A stretch of 8,852 bases of DNA from Octopus sinensis (Eukaryota): positions 1 through 8,852 of the forward strand of contig NW_021828279.1 in NCBI RefSeq assembly GCF_006345805.1, in the 5' to 3' direction. The notes beneath the pieces were generated by a model. That model worked only from the letters and a program-made list of their open reading frames with translations. It ran no database searches and was not told where the DNA came from. This document shows positions 7,960 to 8,852 of the stretch, piece after piece (the first letter of the stretch is position 1; every line of letters starts with the position of its first letter). Made by a program: the position numbers and the translations under genes.

Positions 7960-8147
7960 AATAGATATAAATACATACATACATATATATGTGTGTGTGT
8001 ACTTTATATATGTATATATATATATATACACACACATAATCATATATCATACATTTCGTACGACTTATGATTTCATAAATGAAAAAGATGAAGCAAATTT
8101 TAAAAATGCAAGTCTTGCTAATAAGAATTTATTATTATTATCATCAC

Positions 8148-8214
<67 letters not shown>

Positions 8215-8290
8215 TATATATATATATATGATAATAAATTCTTATTAGCAAGACTTGCATTTTAAAAAAACTGCTTCGTATATATATATA
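7960..8290. repeat. (TA)n/(TG)n tracts with AT-rich spacers
   Basis: Tracts at ~7960-8045, ~8150-8230 and ~8279-8292. Confidence 0.85.
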
Positions 8291-8371
8291 TATGACTTCA
8301 TGCACGTAACGACACAAATGCTTTTATCTGACTATTCTTTTCCTACTCTCTGGACTTTTTCGTCTTTCCCC

Positions 8372-8440
8372 CTTTCTGATGAAGAGCCATGCTCGAAACT
8401 TTCCATCTACCTCTCTTTTTCTTGTGAAAGGGAGCGTCAA
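8372..8440 (+). ncRNA. Candidate type I hammerhead ribozyme (imperfect)
   Basis: CUGAUGA (8375-8381), an extra A, a GAGC/GCUC stem II with a CAU loop, GAAA (8394-8397), a stem III that pairs with gggagcgt (8430-8437), and GUC at 8436-8438. Stem I is only 2 bp locally. Confidence 0.5.
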
Positions 8441-8533
8441 TCTAATACATTCACTGTGAACCTCGTACTGACTTTCGTTGTTAGTTTTGTTATCCCTGTT
8501 TTATTTTTCATTTGCCTATGTATATTTACATAT

Positions 8534-8852
8534 AGGCGTAGGAGTGGCTGTGTGGTAAGTAGCTTGTTTACCAACCACATGGTTCCGGGTTCAGTCCCAC
8601 GGCCTGGCACCTTGGGTAACTTTCTTCTACTATAGCCTCGGGCCGACCAAAGCCTTGTGAGTGGATTTGGTAGACGGAAACTGAAAGAAGCCCGTCGTAT
8701 ATATGTATATATGCGTGTGTGTGTTTGTCCCCCTTGACAACTGATGCTGGTGCGTTTATGTCCCCGTTACTTAGCGGTTCGGCAAAACAGACCGATAGAA
8801 TAAGTACTGAGCTTACCTAAAAATAAGTCCTGGGGTCGAGTTGCTCGATTAA
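8534..8852 (+). mobile_element. Long composite SINE, copy C (runs off the window end)
   Basis: aggcgtaggagtggctgtgtggtaagtagc...gggttcagtccc...ccttgggtaac...gtggatttggtagacggaaactgaaagaagcccgtcgta, a short TA/TG spacer, then gatgctggtgcgtttatgtccccgttacttagcggttcggc...ggggtcgag. It is visibly close to the reverse complement of copy A. Confidence 0.92.

Overview
Eukaryotic, repeat-dominated non-coding DNA, probably intronic or intergenic. The SINE sequences resemble repeats I recall from octopus genomes; this is recognition from memory, not a database search. No intact host gene is supported, and almost every ORF in the track is a translated microsatellite. Contents: (1) one 5'-truncated, frameshifted remnant of an RLE-type non-LTR retrotransposon (R4/Dong-like, 2381-3266) with an (AAT)n tail; (2) at least seven tRNA-derived SINE copies of three types: three short copies on - (879-1108, 1898-2047, 3401-3610), one degenerate head on - (2251-2372) and three long composite copies (5861-6292 -, ~6655-7148 +, 8534-end +); (3) long compound tri-, di- and tetranucleotide microsatellites, one of which contains a 66-bp higher-order repeat. 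Best second-look items: a hammerhead-ribozyme-like core at 8375-8438, an apparent template-switch hairpin inside one SINE (6988-7021), modular tail and domain sharing among the SINEs, apparent (TAA)n-targeted insertion of the LINE into a SINE tail, and a CTCF-like motif in a unique island between two inverted SINEs.
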